Shown piece after piece: positions 47,187 to 56,328 of a DNA stretch of 62,904 bases. The notes beneath the pieces were generated by a model. It worked only from the letters and a program-made list of their open reading frames with translations, was not told the DNA's origin and ran no database searches. Both the position numbers and the translations under genes were made by a program. The stretch covers positions 1-62,904 of IMG/VR virus record IMGVR_UViG_3300034168_001612; one strand, written 5' to 3'. Position 1 is the stretch's first letter; each line of letters starts with the position of its first letter. The DNA comes from a virus. Lineage: Duplodnaviria > Caudoviricetes.

Positions 47187-48080
47187 ATGAGTCAATTTGA
47201 TAATGATTTTTGGGATAAAGAAGAGGAAGAACCCTCTGATACTTGGAAACAAAGTAAGCAATATTCTCAAAAAGAAGAACAAGAAGAAGAACAAGACGGA
47301 GATGAAGAATTGTATGATTTAAGTGAATCTGAAGAAATAGAAGATTTTTTAGATGTAGAAGAGATTTCCGTAGTAGACAATGCCAGAATCAGACTTGAGC
47401 AAGGGCGTTTGTATGAAATGCTAATTAAGCATAATCTGTTCGACGGTGTGGAGGCTATGCCCCAGGCCGTAACCAAGGTGCAGTCTGAGATTAAAGAATT
47501 CATCATCGAAAGATTGGAAATTCTTTTAGGAATGAAATCAGAGAAACAAAAAGAAGTGCATCAAATAATTAAAGAATCCCAATTCAATGAGCTAGAAGTG
47601 CAAGCATTAAAAATGATTGCCAGCAAAGTTACTAAAGGGGTTTCCGAAAGTGCACCACCTCCCTCTGAAAGACCTAAGAGTGGGCTTAATGCTATCAAAA
47701 CCAGTAGCCCGAGCAAGCCTGCTTTGAGTGTTGTTAAAAAGTCTCCTCCCCCTCCTCCTCCTCAGGTTCAAAAAAAAACTTATAAACAAGTTCCAGTAAA
47801 AAACCCCCTCAAGCAGGAATCATTCAAAAAGCCTGTAGAAGAGGACACTCGCAATATGTCACCTGATGCAATTGCTAAAAAAGATATAAGATATATTAAT
47901 TCATTAAAAGACATGAGCTTGTCAGAAGCGAACAAACTAGTCTCTGAAAGACATGTTAGACCACGGCCAACTACTAAAATGGATCAAGAGTCAATCAATA
48001 GGCACTATGCCGCTAAAATGGCGGTTAACCAAGAAGCACAAACTTTTACAGCATTGCTTGCAATGGCAAAAAGAAAATAA
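47187..48080 (+). CDS. Hypothetical protein (acidic N-terminus, Pro-rich linker)
   Basis: GAGG RBS. Confidence 0.65.
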   Translation: MSQFDNDFWDKEEEEPSDTWKQSKQYSQKEEQEEEQDGDEELYDLSESEEIEDFLDVEEISVVDNARIRLEQGRLYEMLIKHNLFDGVEAMPQAVTKVQSEIKEFIIERLEILLGMKSEKQKEVHQIIKESQFNELEVQALKMIASKVTKGVSESAPPPSERPKSGLNAIKTSSPSKPALSVVKKSPPPPPPQVQKKTYKQVPVKNPLKQESFKKPVEEDTRNMSPDAIAKKDIRYINSLKDMSLSEANKLVSERHVRPRPTTKMDQESINRHYAAKMAVNQEAQTFTALLAMAKRK

Positions 48081-48090
48081 GGAGAACACA

Positions 48091-48666
48091 ATGAGACCTG
48101 AAGAGAAATTACAGAAATCAAAAGAAAAACTAGAGAACCTTTCGGAACAGTCGATGATTACAGCCCGAAGAGTTGGTGAAATGGAATTAATCCTGTACAA
48201 TATTGCCAGGGAAAATGAAATCCTGAAAGATGCTCTGCAATTGTTGCACGAGAAACTCGATGCTGTGATTTCTCTACAAAATAGAGAACTCCCTTTGAGC
48301 GAAGGGAATATTAATGAAGTGGTTGTGGAAATGAAAGTAAATTCACTAAAAGAACGAGTGGATCAGATGCTACAACAAGGAGCTATCAAAGTGACAGATG
48401 TTGTTGGTGAAGATTCTTTGATTGTTAGTCGTGAATTGAACAAGGAAGGCAAGGTTGAGAATCCTCGTTTACAGTTCCTTGTAGGTCGTCTTATAGATGA
48501 GCTTAAGTCTAGGTTTGTAGGTAAGAAAACTGGAGATTTAATTCAGGGTGAAGAGAATAAGCTGGACATTGAAATTATGGAAATTTACGATCTAGTGCCT
48601 GTAGGTTTAGGCAAGATCGACGCTAACAACGAATTGCCGTTGGAACAAAATAACCAGGATTCTTAA
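48091..48666 (+). CDS. Hypothetical protein (start corrected)
   Basis: AAGGAG RBS; coiled coil plus beta domain. Confidence 0.65.
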   Translation: MRPEEKLQKSKEKLENLSEQSMITARRVGEMELILYNIARENEILKDALQLLHEKLDAVISLQNRELPLSEGNINEVVVEMKVNSLKERVDQMLQQGAIKVTDVVGEDSLIVSRELNKEGKVENPRLQFLVGRLIDELKSRFVGKKTGDLIQGEENKLDIEIMEIYDLVPVGLGKIDANNELPLEQNNQDS

Positions 48667-49839
48667 ATGAAATTTACGGAAGATCAGATTGCTTTTATTT
48701 TAAGTCAAAAGAGTGTTAGTCGCAGAGGGTTTGATGAAATAGCCATGCTTCTAAACGATAATTTTGTTTTACAAAAAAAAGTAACAGGTGTTGACATCAA
48801 GCAATGTTGGGAAAAATATAAAAACAATCCCGACAGTCTCACTGCTGGTGTTAGAACTTTAAAAGAAATTGCAAGAGTTAAAGCTAATAATTCGTTTACT
48901 TCCAAAGAAAACCGAACGATCCTCCAGCTGTGGAATGACCGGGATGATATTTTAGAAGCAATTAAAAGTGCTGCTAAAGATATCAATAAAATTAAAACCA
49001 AGCCTGTCAAAGCTGTAAAAAAATCCGGCAAACTAGGTGTTACCAAAGAGCTTCTTTTGTCAGATATTCATTTCGGCAAAAAAACAGACCGGTTCAATTT
49101 GGATATATGTAAACAAAGATTGGAAGAGGTGGTTCATGCTACTATTGGAGAAATTGAACGAGACAGTAAAGAATATGTTATTGATGAAATTGTCATAGGT
49201 TTATTGGGAGATATTATTGAAAACTACTCAATGCATGTTCTTGAATCAGCCAAGGGATGTGAGTTTGGGAATGCTAAACAAATATATGAAGCCACTATAA
49301 ACCTGTTTAAAATAGTCATAGCTCCTCTTAGCCAACTTGGGATTAAGATGAGAATTGTTTGTGTCACAGGGAATCATGACAGAGATGGGTCCGATAGAAC
49401 CTACCACAATCCGGGGGAAGAGAATTTTACCCATATCATTTATAATACTTTAAAAAACTTTGCAGAATTTTCAGGTCTTAAAAATATCCAATTTATAATA
49501 CCCAAGGAGCCATGGGCGGTTCTTCAGATTTATGGTAATAATATTCTATATGAACATTACGATAACTCTAAAAGTGCTGACAGAAAAGGCCTAGAGACTC
49601 TTATGACTAAAAGAGCTAATCAGCTAGGGATCAGCATAGATTACATGAGAGGGGGGCATTACCATGAGCCTACAAGCTTCCGTAATGGTCGAATGCAGAT
49701 CAATGGGTGTTTGACCGGAAATGATAGTTTTTCCTCTGTTCTCGGGTTCAATGCCGAAGCTTCTCAGACGCTTAATACTTTTGCTAACTCTAAAAGGAAA
49801 TATAAAATGTATAGAAGTTTTAACATCTTGCTTGAATAA
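48667..49839 (+). CDS. Calcineurin-like metallophosphoesterase
   Basis: LSDIHFG, LGD, GNHD, EH, GHYH. Confidence 0.85.
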   Translation: MKFTEDQIAFILSQKSVSRRGFDEIAMLLNDNFVLQKKVTGVDIKQCWEKYKNNPDSLTAGVRTLKEIARVKANNSFTSKENRTILQLWNDRDDILEAIKSAAKDINKIKTKPVKAVKKSGKLGVTKELLLSDIHFGKKTDRFNLDICKQRLEEVVHATIGEIERDSKEYVIDEIVIGLLGDIIENYSMHVLESAKGCEFGNAKQIYEATINLFKIVIAPLSQLGIKMRIVCVTGNHDRDGSDRTYHNPGEENFTHIIYNTLKNFAEFSGLKNIQFIIPKEPWAVLQIYGNNILYEHYDNSKSADRKGLETLMTKRANQLGISIDYMRGGHYHEPTSFRNGRMQINGCLTGNDSFSSVLGFNAEASQTLNTFANSKRKYKMYRSFNILLE

Positions 49840-49847
49840 CCTAATAA

Positions 49848-49887
49848 AATCAATAACTTGCTTGATGGTTAATAGAATTAATCTTTA
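49848..49887 (+). promoter_or_regulatory. IHF-consensus box plus late motif TAATCTTTA
   Basis: AATCAA-TAAC-TTG at 49848-49860; TAATCTTTA at 49879-49887. Confidence 0.45.
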
Positions 49888-49916
49888 AAGTAAAATTACA
49901 TTTTCAAGGAGAATCA

Positions 49917-50363
49917 GTGGGAAGAGGCCAGAGAGGATACAACAATACATCTTACCCCGAGGAAAAAGAAGGAAATGCTAAAGATGCGAACAAGAAATTA
50001 AAGGCAGAAATAAAAAACTTGAAGAGGATCGTTAAAAATTTGGAATCAGAGAACAGAACCTTGACCAAATCCTTTAGTAAAAGTTGTGATTTTATAAATA
50101 GCAAACTTGCTGATAAAAAGATAGAAGAAATAATAGAAATGATTAACGAATCCGACCAGCAAGAGGTCGATAAGTTAAAGAGAAAAGAAGAAGTTAAGAA
50201 AAAGGAAAAAAAGCTTGCACAAGAAAAGGAATGTCCGAAGTGTTTCATGCCAGAAGGAAGAGGGTATAAAATTATAGACTTCAATACTTTTAAAGTACAT
50301 ACCTGTGTTTGCGGGCATAGAGCTAGGATAGATAACGAAAATGAAGGAATCGAAAGAAGTTAA
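49917..50363 (+). CDS. Coiled-coil zinc-ribbon protein
   Basis: AAGGAG RBS, GTG start; CPKC..CVCG. Confidence 0.65.
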   Translation: MGRGQRGYNNTSYPEEKEGNAKDANKKLKAEIKNLKRIVKNLESENRTLTKSFSKSCDFINSKLADKKIEEIIEMINESDQQEVDKLKRKEEVKKKEKKLAQEKECPKCFMPEGRGYKIIDFNTFKVHTCVCGHRARIDNENEGIERS

Positions 50364-50730
50364 AACACTGAGAAGTAAACTACTAGGAATGGAATTAGAA
50401 TTAAATCTCCTTTCCAAGGATCTTGAACGCTTTAAGTTTGAATTGGCTTATAATGAAAAAATGTTTGAAATAACTTTAGAAAATTTGAATTTTTTAAAAT
50501 CATCAGATATTATTATTTCAATGCCAGAATATAAAAAAATAAAGCAACAAAAAAAATTGATAGAAATGAGAATGAAATATTACAGGGAACAGATATATCC
50601 ATTAGAGAGAATCTTAGATAGAAAAGAAGATAATCATAAAAAAGAAATGGAAAGATTTGAGTACCTATACAGAATGCAATTCAAAAACAATGTGCTGGAG
50701 TTCCCCTGTGACAGAAGAAAAAAAGCTTAA
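50341..50730 (+). CDS. Coiled-coil hypothetical protein
   Basis: Overlapping ORF. Confidence 0.55.
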   Translation: MKESKEVKTLRSKLLGMELELNLLSKDLERFKFELAYNEKMFEITLENLNFLKSSDIIISMPEYKKIKQQKKLIEMRMKYYREQIYPLERILDRKEDNHKKEMERFEYLYRMQFKNNVLEFPCDRRKKA

Positions 50731-50917
50731 ATTAACACAAGAAGAAGATTTTATTGATTGTCCTAAGTTTAACAATAGCATTAGGCAATTGATTGAAAAA
50801 AACCCTGACGGTGTCGATGAAGAAACTATAGCAAAAGTCCTTAACATGACCGTTGAAGATGTTGAGAAAACATATGAAAACGCAATTAAAAAACTCAAGA
50901 AATCACTAGAAACTTAA
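50708..50917 (+). CDS. Standalone sigma region-4-like HTH protein
   Basis: GGAG RBS, GTG start; EETIAKVLNMTVEDVEKTYENAIKKLK. Confidence 0.6.
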   Translation: MTEEKKLKLTQEEDFIDCPKFNNSIRQLIEKNPDGVDEETIAKVLNMTVEDVEKTYENAIKKLKKSLET

Positions 50918-50941
50918 CAAAATCAAACATTTATTACTACT

Positions 50942-50970
50942 AAAACCCTGTCCTTGACAGGGTTTTTTTT
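50942..50970 (+). terminator. Hairpin terminator
   Basis: AAAACCCTGTC-CTT-GACAGGGTTTT followed by TTTT. Confidence 0.8.
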
Positions 50971-50982
50971 ATGTGATAATAT
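50954..50982 (+). promoter_or_regulatory. Sigma70 promoter for the exonuclease-dnaE operon
   Basis: TTGACA-17 bp-TAATAT with extended TG. Confidence 0.75.
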
Positions 50983-51000
50983 AGCCCAAAGGCGGTTTGA

Positions 51001-51639
51001 ATGATGTACCTTGGGTTTGACTTAGAGACAGGTGGGTTTGATAAAAAAAATCATACTATTACAGAAGCTTATTTTGCCATATGGGACCAAGATTGGGTGC
51101 TGTTGGATGAAGTTCATTTATATTTAAAAAATGATAAAGGCGAAGTCCACGGAGAGGAGGAGGCTTTTAAAGTATCGGGAATCAACCCCCAAGAACTACT
51201 CTCAAGCCCTGACACCCTTACTTACACCGAAGGTAGGGTGAAGCTTATGGCAATGCTAGAAAAGCACAAAATGCCGGGTAAGAGGGTCCATTACAAGCTC
51301 CTTGGGCAGAATATCGCAATGTTTGATATCCCTTTCATGGAAGAACAGGGGTTCTTCACAAGTGCTCACCTCAAGAAAAGCGGCATCACTCATAATCCAG
51401 TCGATACCACCCTAATCGTCACCTGGCTAAAAGACATGGGAATAATTCCTGCGAACGTGGGGGGATTAGGAACCTTGGTGGACTATTTTGGCCTTCCTAA
51501 AGGAACCGCTCACCGTGCCAGAGATGATGTCCATATGCAAAAAGATGTCTATGTAAAATTATGCGAACTATTTAAGAATAATTCATTAAATAATCTAAAA
51601 AATGATAATGATGATTTGTTAAAGATAGTGGAACTTTAA
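51001..51639 (+). CDS. DEDDh 3'-5' exonuclease (DnaQ-like proofreader)
   Basis: FDLETGG, QNIAMFD, AHRARDD. Confidence 0.88.
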   Translation: MMYLGFDLETGGFDKKNHTITEAYFAIWDQDWVLLDEVHLYLKNDKGEVHGEEEAFKVSGINPQELLSSPDTLTYTEGRVKLMAMLEKHKMPGKRVHYKLLGQNIAMFDIPFMEEQGFFTSAHLKKSGITHNPVDTTLIVTWLKDMGIIPANVGGLGTLVDYFGLPKGTAHRARDDVHMQKDVYVKLCELFKNNSLNNLKNDNDDLLKIVEL

Positions 51640-54600
51640 TGAAAAATTTTGTAACACCAAATTCCCACCCTTCCAGCTTCCTAACTGGCTCTACTTTAGA
51701 ATCCATGATAGATAGGGCCAAGGATCTGGACACCGGTTACTATGTATGTACCGACAACGGTTACTTAACCGACACATTCAAAGCATATAACTATGCCCTT
51801 AAAAAGCAGCTTAAACCGATTTTAGGATGTGAGCTGTATGTTAGTGTCAGTGATTGTCAATTTGCTTCTAAAAAGAAATCTGAAAAGATTAAATATTTCA
51901 CGATTACTTTGCATGCGAAAAATCAAAAAGCTTATCAATATCTTGTAAAAAAAATATCTGACAAAAAAAGACAAACAATCAAGATCCTAGATCATGACTA
52001 CCCTTTGTTCGGATGGCAAGACCTGTTAAATTTTGCTGAAGAAGATTTTACAGCAGTTATAGGCGGTCCTCAGTGTATTGTTTGTAAAAACTTGCTGGTG
52101 GGGAATAAAGTTTTTGCCGAAGCTATATTCATAGAGTTAAAAAATAAGTTTAAAAATAATTTTTACTCCTCTGTAGTACCTATGGAGTTTAATAAAAAAT
52201 GGGTAACATCTAGTACGTTCACATTCAGTAATGGACAATCTGCAAGTCTGGATTCCTCTATACTTGCCGAAACAGATCAGGCAGTAAGTTTCAGGGTTTC
52301 TTTAGAAGAAGTAGCTAACAAGCCTGACTTACACAGGACTATCCGTAAAGTCTATGTAAATGGGGTCGGATATAATGTAAACAAAAGGATCATATCAGCT
52401 CAAAATTATAAAGAATTCGTGTCCATTGGACAGGATATCTCTGAGTTGTATAATTCTTTTATTAGCAAAGTATCTAAAAAATATGATGTTAAAATTTTAA
52501 TCAATGATTATTCTTATTTTGCACACAAAGATGACCAATTAGTTCAGAACCTTAAGTTGGGAGAGGAGAAGAGACTCTCCACAAATAACTCAATGAAAAG
52601 CTCTGAAGAAGTTTTTTCTTATCTATCTAACTATTATTCTGCAGAAGAACTTGAAAAATTTATTGAGAATAGCTACTCTTGGGCCGGTAATTTTGATAAT
52701 TTTAAATTAAAGTACGAATACAGACTGGTAAAAGAATCCGACAACTCTTTACAGAGTGCCATGGACTTAATCAAAAAGATTGGCAGATTTGACATCAATG
52801 ACGCAGAGCATAGGAAAAGATTGAAACACGAGGTTGATGTTATCCATGCTAACGGAGTTGTTGATTTATTGCCTTATTTTTTCCCAATCAGTAAAGCCTT
52901 AAATTACTACGCTGATAGAGGGAGAATCGTCGGTCCTGCTCGGGGATCTGCTGGCGGATCTTTCCTTATGTACTGTATGGGAATCACTCAAATCAATCCG
53001 TTGAAACATGGATTGTATTTCTCCCGATTCCTTACTCTGGGTCGTATCCAGAAAGGGACTCTTCCAGATGTCGATTGCGACTTTCCAGACAGAGAGATGT
53101 TGGTATCTAAAGATGGTTTTCTTGAGACAAACTACAAAGACCGCTGGTCACAAGTATCCATCAGAACCTTAATGAAATTAAAATCTGCAGTCAGGGATGT
53201 TAATCGATTTAAAAAAGGCAAAGTAGAGGACGAGATAGAAACCTTTGCTAAAAACCTCGAGGCGACTCCTCAGGGTATATCGGATAAAGATTTTGTGTTC
53301 GGGTATGAAGACACACCGGGATTGATCGATCGTGACCCAAGACTCCGTGCTTATATCAATAAGCGTCCTGAAGAGTGGGAAATTGTAAAGAAAACCCTTG
53401 GTGTTCCTCGTCAACATGGTAGACATGCTTCTGCGTTTGTTATTTCTGATATACCGATCAATGATGTTATCCCTACGATGAAAGTGTCTGACTCAGAAAA
53501 CATAACGCAATATGAGGCAAAAGAAGTAGAAGCTGCCGGTCTTATTAAGTACGACTTTCTTGTGGTAAAGTGCTTAAACGATATCGAGCTTGCTATCAAA
53601 TATATTAATCAAAAGAATGGGGCTGTGGACTTAAGTGCAGGGTATTTTTTACACAACAGTAAAAATACCTATATATGGGATCTAGATGAAGAATCCTCTG
53701 TTTTCAATATGCTTGCAGAAGGAAAGACCGAAACTGTATTCCAATTAAACACAAGTTCTGTGACACCGTTTGTTCAAAGCATGATGCCCAGATCGATCGA
53801 AGATTGTGCCGTTGTGACTTCTTTGGTGCGTCCAGGTCCTCTTGAGTTTATAGATGAAAGAACCGGTCGAAACATGGCCGAAGAGTATGTAGAAAGAAGA
53901 CAAGGAAGAAGTAAGGGCGAAATGCCGATCCTTGATGATCTTTTGCCAGAAACTTACGGGATTATGGTGTATCAGGAACAAATTACTAAGGTCACAAAAG
54001 AACTGACCGGATGGGATGATGAAAAAGCAGAAGATGTTCGTATTGCAGTAGGTAAAAAACAGGCCAAAATGATCGACGAGCTTCGTCCTCAGTTTATCGA
54101 GGCATCGGCTAAAATAGGCAAGGTTAATGCAGAAACAGCGGAAGTCGTGTGGTCAATGATCGAAAAGTTTGGTAGGTATGGATTTAACAAATCCCATGCT
54201 GTGGCCTACTCAATGATTGCATATGCTTGTGCTTATTTAAAGCACCACTATTCTCTAGAATGGTGGGCCGCAGTGTTATCCAATGCTGAAGAAAAAGAAA
54301 TAACAGAAGTGCTATGGCCTCACGTTAAAAAAATACTTCTTCCTCCTGATATTAACTTGTCCAGAGAGGAGATTGTGATTGATTACGAAACAGGGACACT
54401 TAGAAATAAATTATCAGTACTCAGAGGGTTGGGTGTAAAAGTTGCTCAGAATATTATTGACAATCGACCTTACTTAACAGTCGATGATCTTATTATCAAA
54501 GAAGTTGTAGGCCCTGCTCTTGTTAGAAGTCTAATCCACGTTGGTGTTATGGACAGTCTTTTTCCTAAGAACACAAATCTTATGGAGAAGATGCAGCAGT

Positions 54601-55262
54601 TTGAGAACGCCCTAAGTGCATGGGAATACAAGAAAAAAATGTATGAAAAATCAAACAAAGAACTCAGTCTAGGGTTGGATCTGTTAAATTTTATTGAAGC
54701 AGCCAAGATACATCCTCTGACCAAAAGATGTCGGCACAAAATACCCGAAGGTAAAATTGATTTGAAGTATGCTTTTATGAATCCAGTCAAGGACTATATT
54801 CTTAAAAAATCTATTTTCCCTACTATGCCTGCGAAGCTTTATGATGTTATCAAAAGTAGTACCAAGAATGTTAAGCTTATTTCATCAAACGGCAATAGTT
54901 ATGTATTTAATAAAAAACACGAAGAGATAAGATTAATTAATGGTAAGACATTTCAAAATATAAAAGATATCCCATACCAGACCAACACTAGACAAGTTAT
55001 AAATTTTTGTATAGCAGGATATGTTGTTGAATCTAAAGAGTTTGCATATAAAGCAGGACAGAGAAAGGCCTTAAAGATGATCATAGATATAGATGGCCAC
55101 TTGGAAGAATTTGTACAATGGCCAGACTATGAAACCGGCGTTTTAAAGTACCCCGAAAATTTAAAGAAAAATTCAGTTATATTCTTGTTTTTACACAGGA
55201 AAATGGACAGAGAAAAATATCACACCAATATAGATGACATTGTTGTTGAAGATATATTTTAA
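51639..55262 (+). CDS. dnaE: DNA polymerase III alpha subunit (family C)
   Basis: PHP domain, RGSAGGS, LPDVDCDF, KYDFL, MVYQEQ, YGFNKSHA. Confidence 0.95.
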   Translation: MKNFVTPNSHPSSFLTGSTLESMIDRAKDLDTGYYVCTDNGYLTDTFKAYNYALKKQLKPILGCELYVSVSDCQFASKKKSEKIKYFTITLHAKNQKAYQYLVKKISDKKRQTIKILDHDYPLFGWQDLLNFAEEDFTAVIGGPQCIVCKNLLVGNKVFAEAIFIELKNKFKNNFYSSVVPMEFNKKWVTSSTFTFSNGQSASLDSSILAETDQAVSFRVSLEEVANKPDLHRTIRKVYVNGVGYNVNKRIISAQNYKEFVSIGQDISELYNSFISKVSKKYDVKILINDYSYFAHKDDQLVQNLKLGEEKRLSTNNSMKSSEEVFSYLSNYYSAEELEKFIENSYSWAGNFDNFKLKYEYRLVKESDNSLQSAMDLIKKIGRFDINDAEHRKRLKHEVDVIHANGVVDLLPYFFPISKALNYYADRGRIVGPARGSAGGSFLMYCMGITQINPLKHGLYFSRFLTLGRIQKGTLPDVDCDFPDREMLVSKDGFLETNYKDRWSQVSIRTLMKLKSAVRDVNRFKKGKVEDEIETFAKNLEATPQGISDKDFVFGYEDTPGLIDRDPRLRAYINKRPEEWEIVKKTLGVPRQHGRHASAFVISDIPINDVIPTMKVSDSENITQYEAKEVEAAGLIKYDFLVVKCLNDIELAIKYINQKNGAVDLSAGYFLHNSKNTYIWDLDEESSVFNMLAEGKTETVFQLNTSSVTPFVQSMMPRSIEDCAVVTSLVRPGPLEFIDERTGRNMAEEYVERRQGRSKGEMPILDDLLPETYGIMVYQEQITKVTKELTGWDDEKAEDVRIAVGKKQAKMIDELRPQFIEASAKIGKVNAETAEVVWSMIEKFGRYGFNKSHAVAYSMIAYACAYLKHHYSLEWWAAVLSNAEEKEITEVLWPHVKKILLPPDINLSREEIVIDYETGTLRNKLSVLRGLGVKVAQNIIDNRPYLTVDDLIIKEVVGPALVRSLIHVGVMDSLFPKNTNLMEKMQQFENALSAWEYKKKMYEKSNKELSLGLDLLNFIEAAKIHPLTKRCRHKIPEGKIDLKYAFMNPVKDYILKKSIFPTMPAKLYDVIKSSTKNVKLISSNGNSYVFNKKHEEIRLINGKTFQNIKDIPYQTNTRQVINFCIAGYVVESKEFAYKAGQRKALKMIIDIDGHLEEFVQWPDYETGVLKYPENLKKNSVIFLFLHRKMDREKYHTNIDDIVVEDIF

Positions 55263-55270
55263 CTTTTATA

Positions 55271-55298
55271 TTGACTTAAGTTTTCTTTGTGATAATAT
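55271..55298 (+). promoter_or_regulatory. Sigma70 promoter
   Basis: TTGACT-16 bp-TAATAT with extended TG. Confidence 0.65.
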
Positions 55299-55312
55299 AG
55301 GGTGGGGTCTTA

Positions 55313-55543
55313 ATGGAAAATAAATTAAAATTAGAAGAAAAAGTCATCTCTAGTAATTGTACGTTAAATACATACATAACTAAAGATGAAGGAAGCTATG
55401 TATTAGAAATCAATTACTTGAGAGGAAGATTTGTTTCTGAAAAGTTTTTTTCTAATGATTTAGAAGGAGTAGAGCTTATGGAAGAAGCTAAAGAATTGTT
55501 TAAAACAGAATATGATATTAAAGAGTATTTCGGCATCATTTAA
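55313..55543 (+). CDS. Hypothetical protein
   Basis: ORF downstream of a promoter. Confidence 0.6.
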   Translation: MENKLKLEEKVISSNCTLNTYITKDEGSYVLEINYLRGRFVSEKFFSNDLEGVELMEEAKELFKTEYDIKEYFGII

Positions 55544-55554
55544 AGGAGAACAAA

Positions 55555-56328
55555 ATGAGCTTGGCCACTATCCTGGATCAGATTAATCAACAAAAAGAAA
55601 TCGCACAACAAGATTTGAATGTTATCAGCCCTAGGGCTTTGCCTTATAAAAAGGGACAAATCAATAGTGCTAAACAAAAGTTGGAAGATCTGTATGTTGA
55701 TTATAAAAACGAAGTCTTAAGAAACGCAGTATTTATCCTAGTCACAGGGGATCTATCAGAAAAATTTGCATCCGTTGCTGAAGAAAATTTTAAATGTTTT
55801 TCGGTAGATGGGAAAGAAATGTTCAGAGAGATACTGGAAAAAGTAAGTCCTCAGTTGTACAGAAACAAAAAAATTAACGCATTTGTTTTTGAAGCTCTTG
55901 GTAATCTGCTAGAAGAAAAGATGAAAAAACTGGATGTGACAGGATATAATCAACTTATATTTGACTCAAAGTACTCTCGTGTGGTAAAAGATGAAGCAGA
56001 GATGCTAGATGTTATCGCATCAGCAGTGACCGATATTGTAGGAAGCGAAGTAGTCGGTCTAGATGCGTTAGAAAGGATTACACAGAAAGCAATTAATAAG
56101 AATTACAAATCAAAGATTGTACCAATTCTTATTCATAGCAAAGATGAAAAATTTATTGTAAGTATCACCGAAGGATTAAAACGCTTAAATCCTAAGGTAG
56201 TAAAGGTATCTGCAGGTAAGCTAGAAACTGATTTAAAGACAAAAATTTCACTTGAAGAAGTGGATGAAAAAAATGTAGAAGAAACCCTAAAAACAATCGC
56301 CGCAAACGCACAAGGAGAAAAGGTATGA
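55555..56328 (+). CDS. Hypothetical protein (possibly a degenerate P-loop fold)
   Basis: AAGGAG RBS; VFILVTG without GKS/T. Confidence 0.55.
   Translation: MSLATILDQINQQKEIAQQDLNVISPRALPYKKGQINSAKQKLEDLYVDYKNEVLRNAVFILVTGDLSEKFASVAEENFKCFSVDGKEMFREILEKVSPQLYRNKKINAFVFEALGNLLEEKMKKLDVTGYNQLIFDSKYSRVVKDEAEMLDVIASAVTDIVGSEVVGLDALERITQKAINKNYKSKIVPILIHSKDEKFIVSITEGLKRLNPKVVKVSAGKLETDLKTKISLEEVDEKNVEETLKTIAANAQGEKV

Noticed and set aside
51639-55262. Intein or intron in dnaE (terL, nrdA and the helicases were also checked)
   Set aside because: No C/S...HN splice motifs or LAGLIDADG blocks seen; ORFs are continuous and of ordinary size
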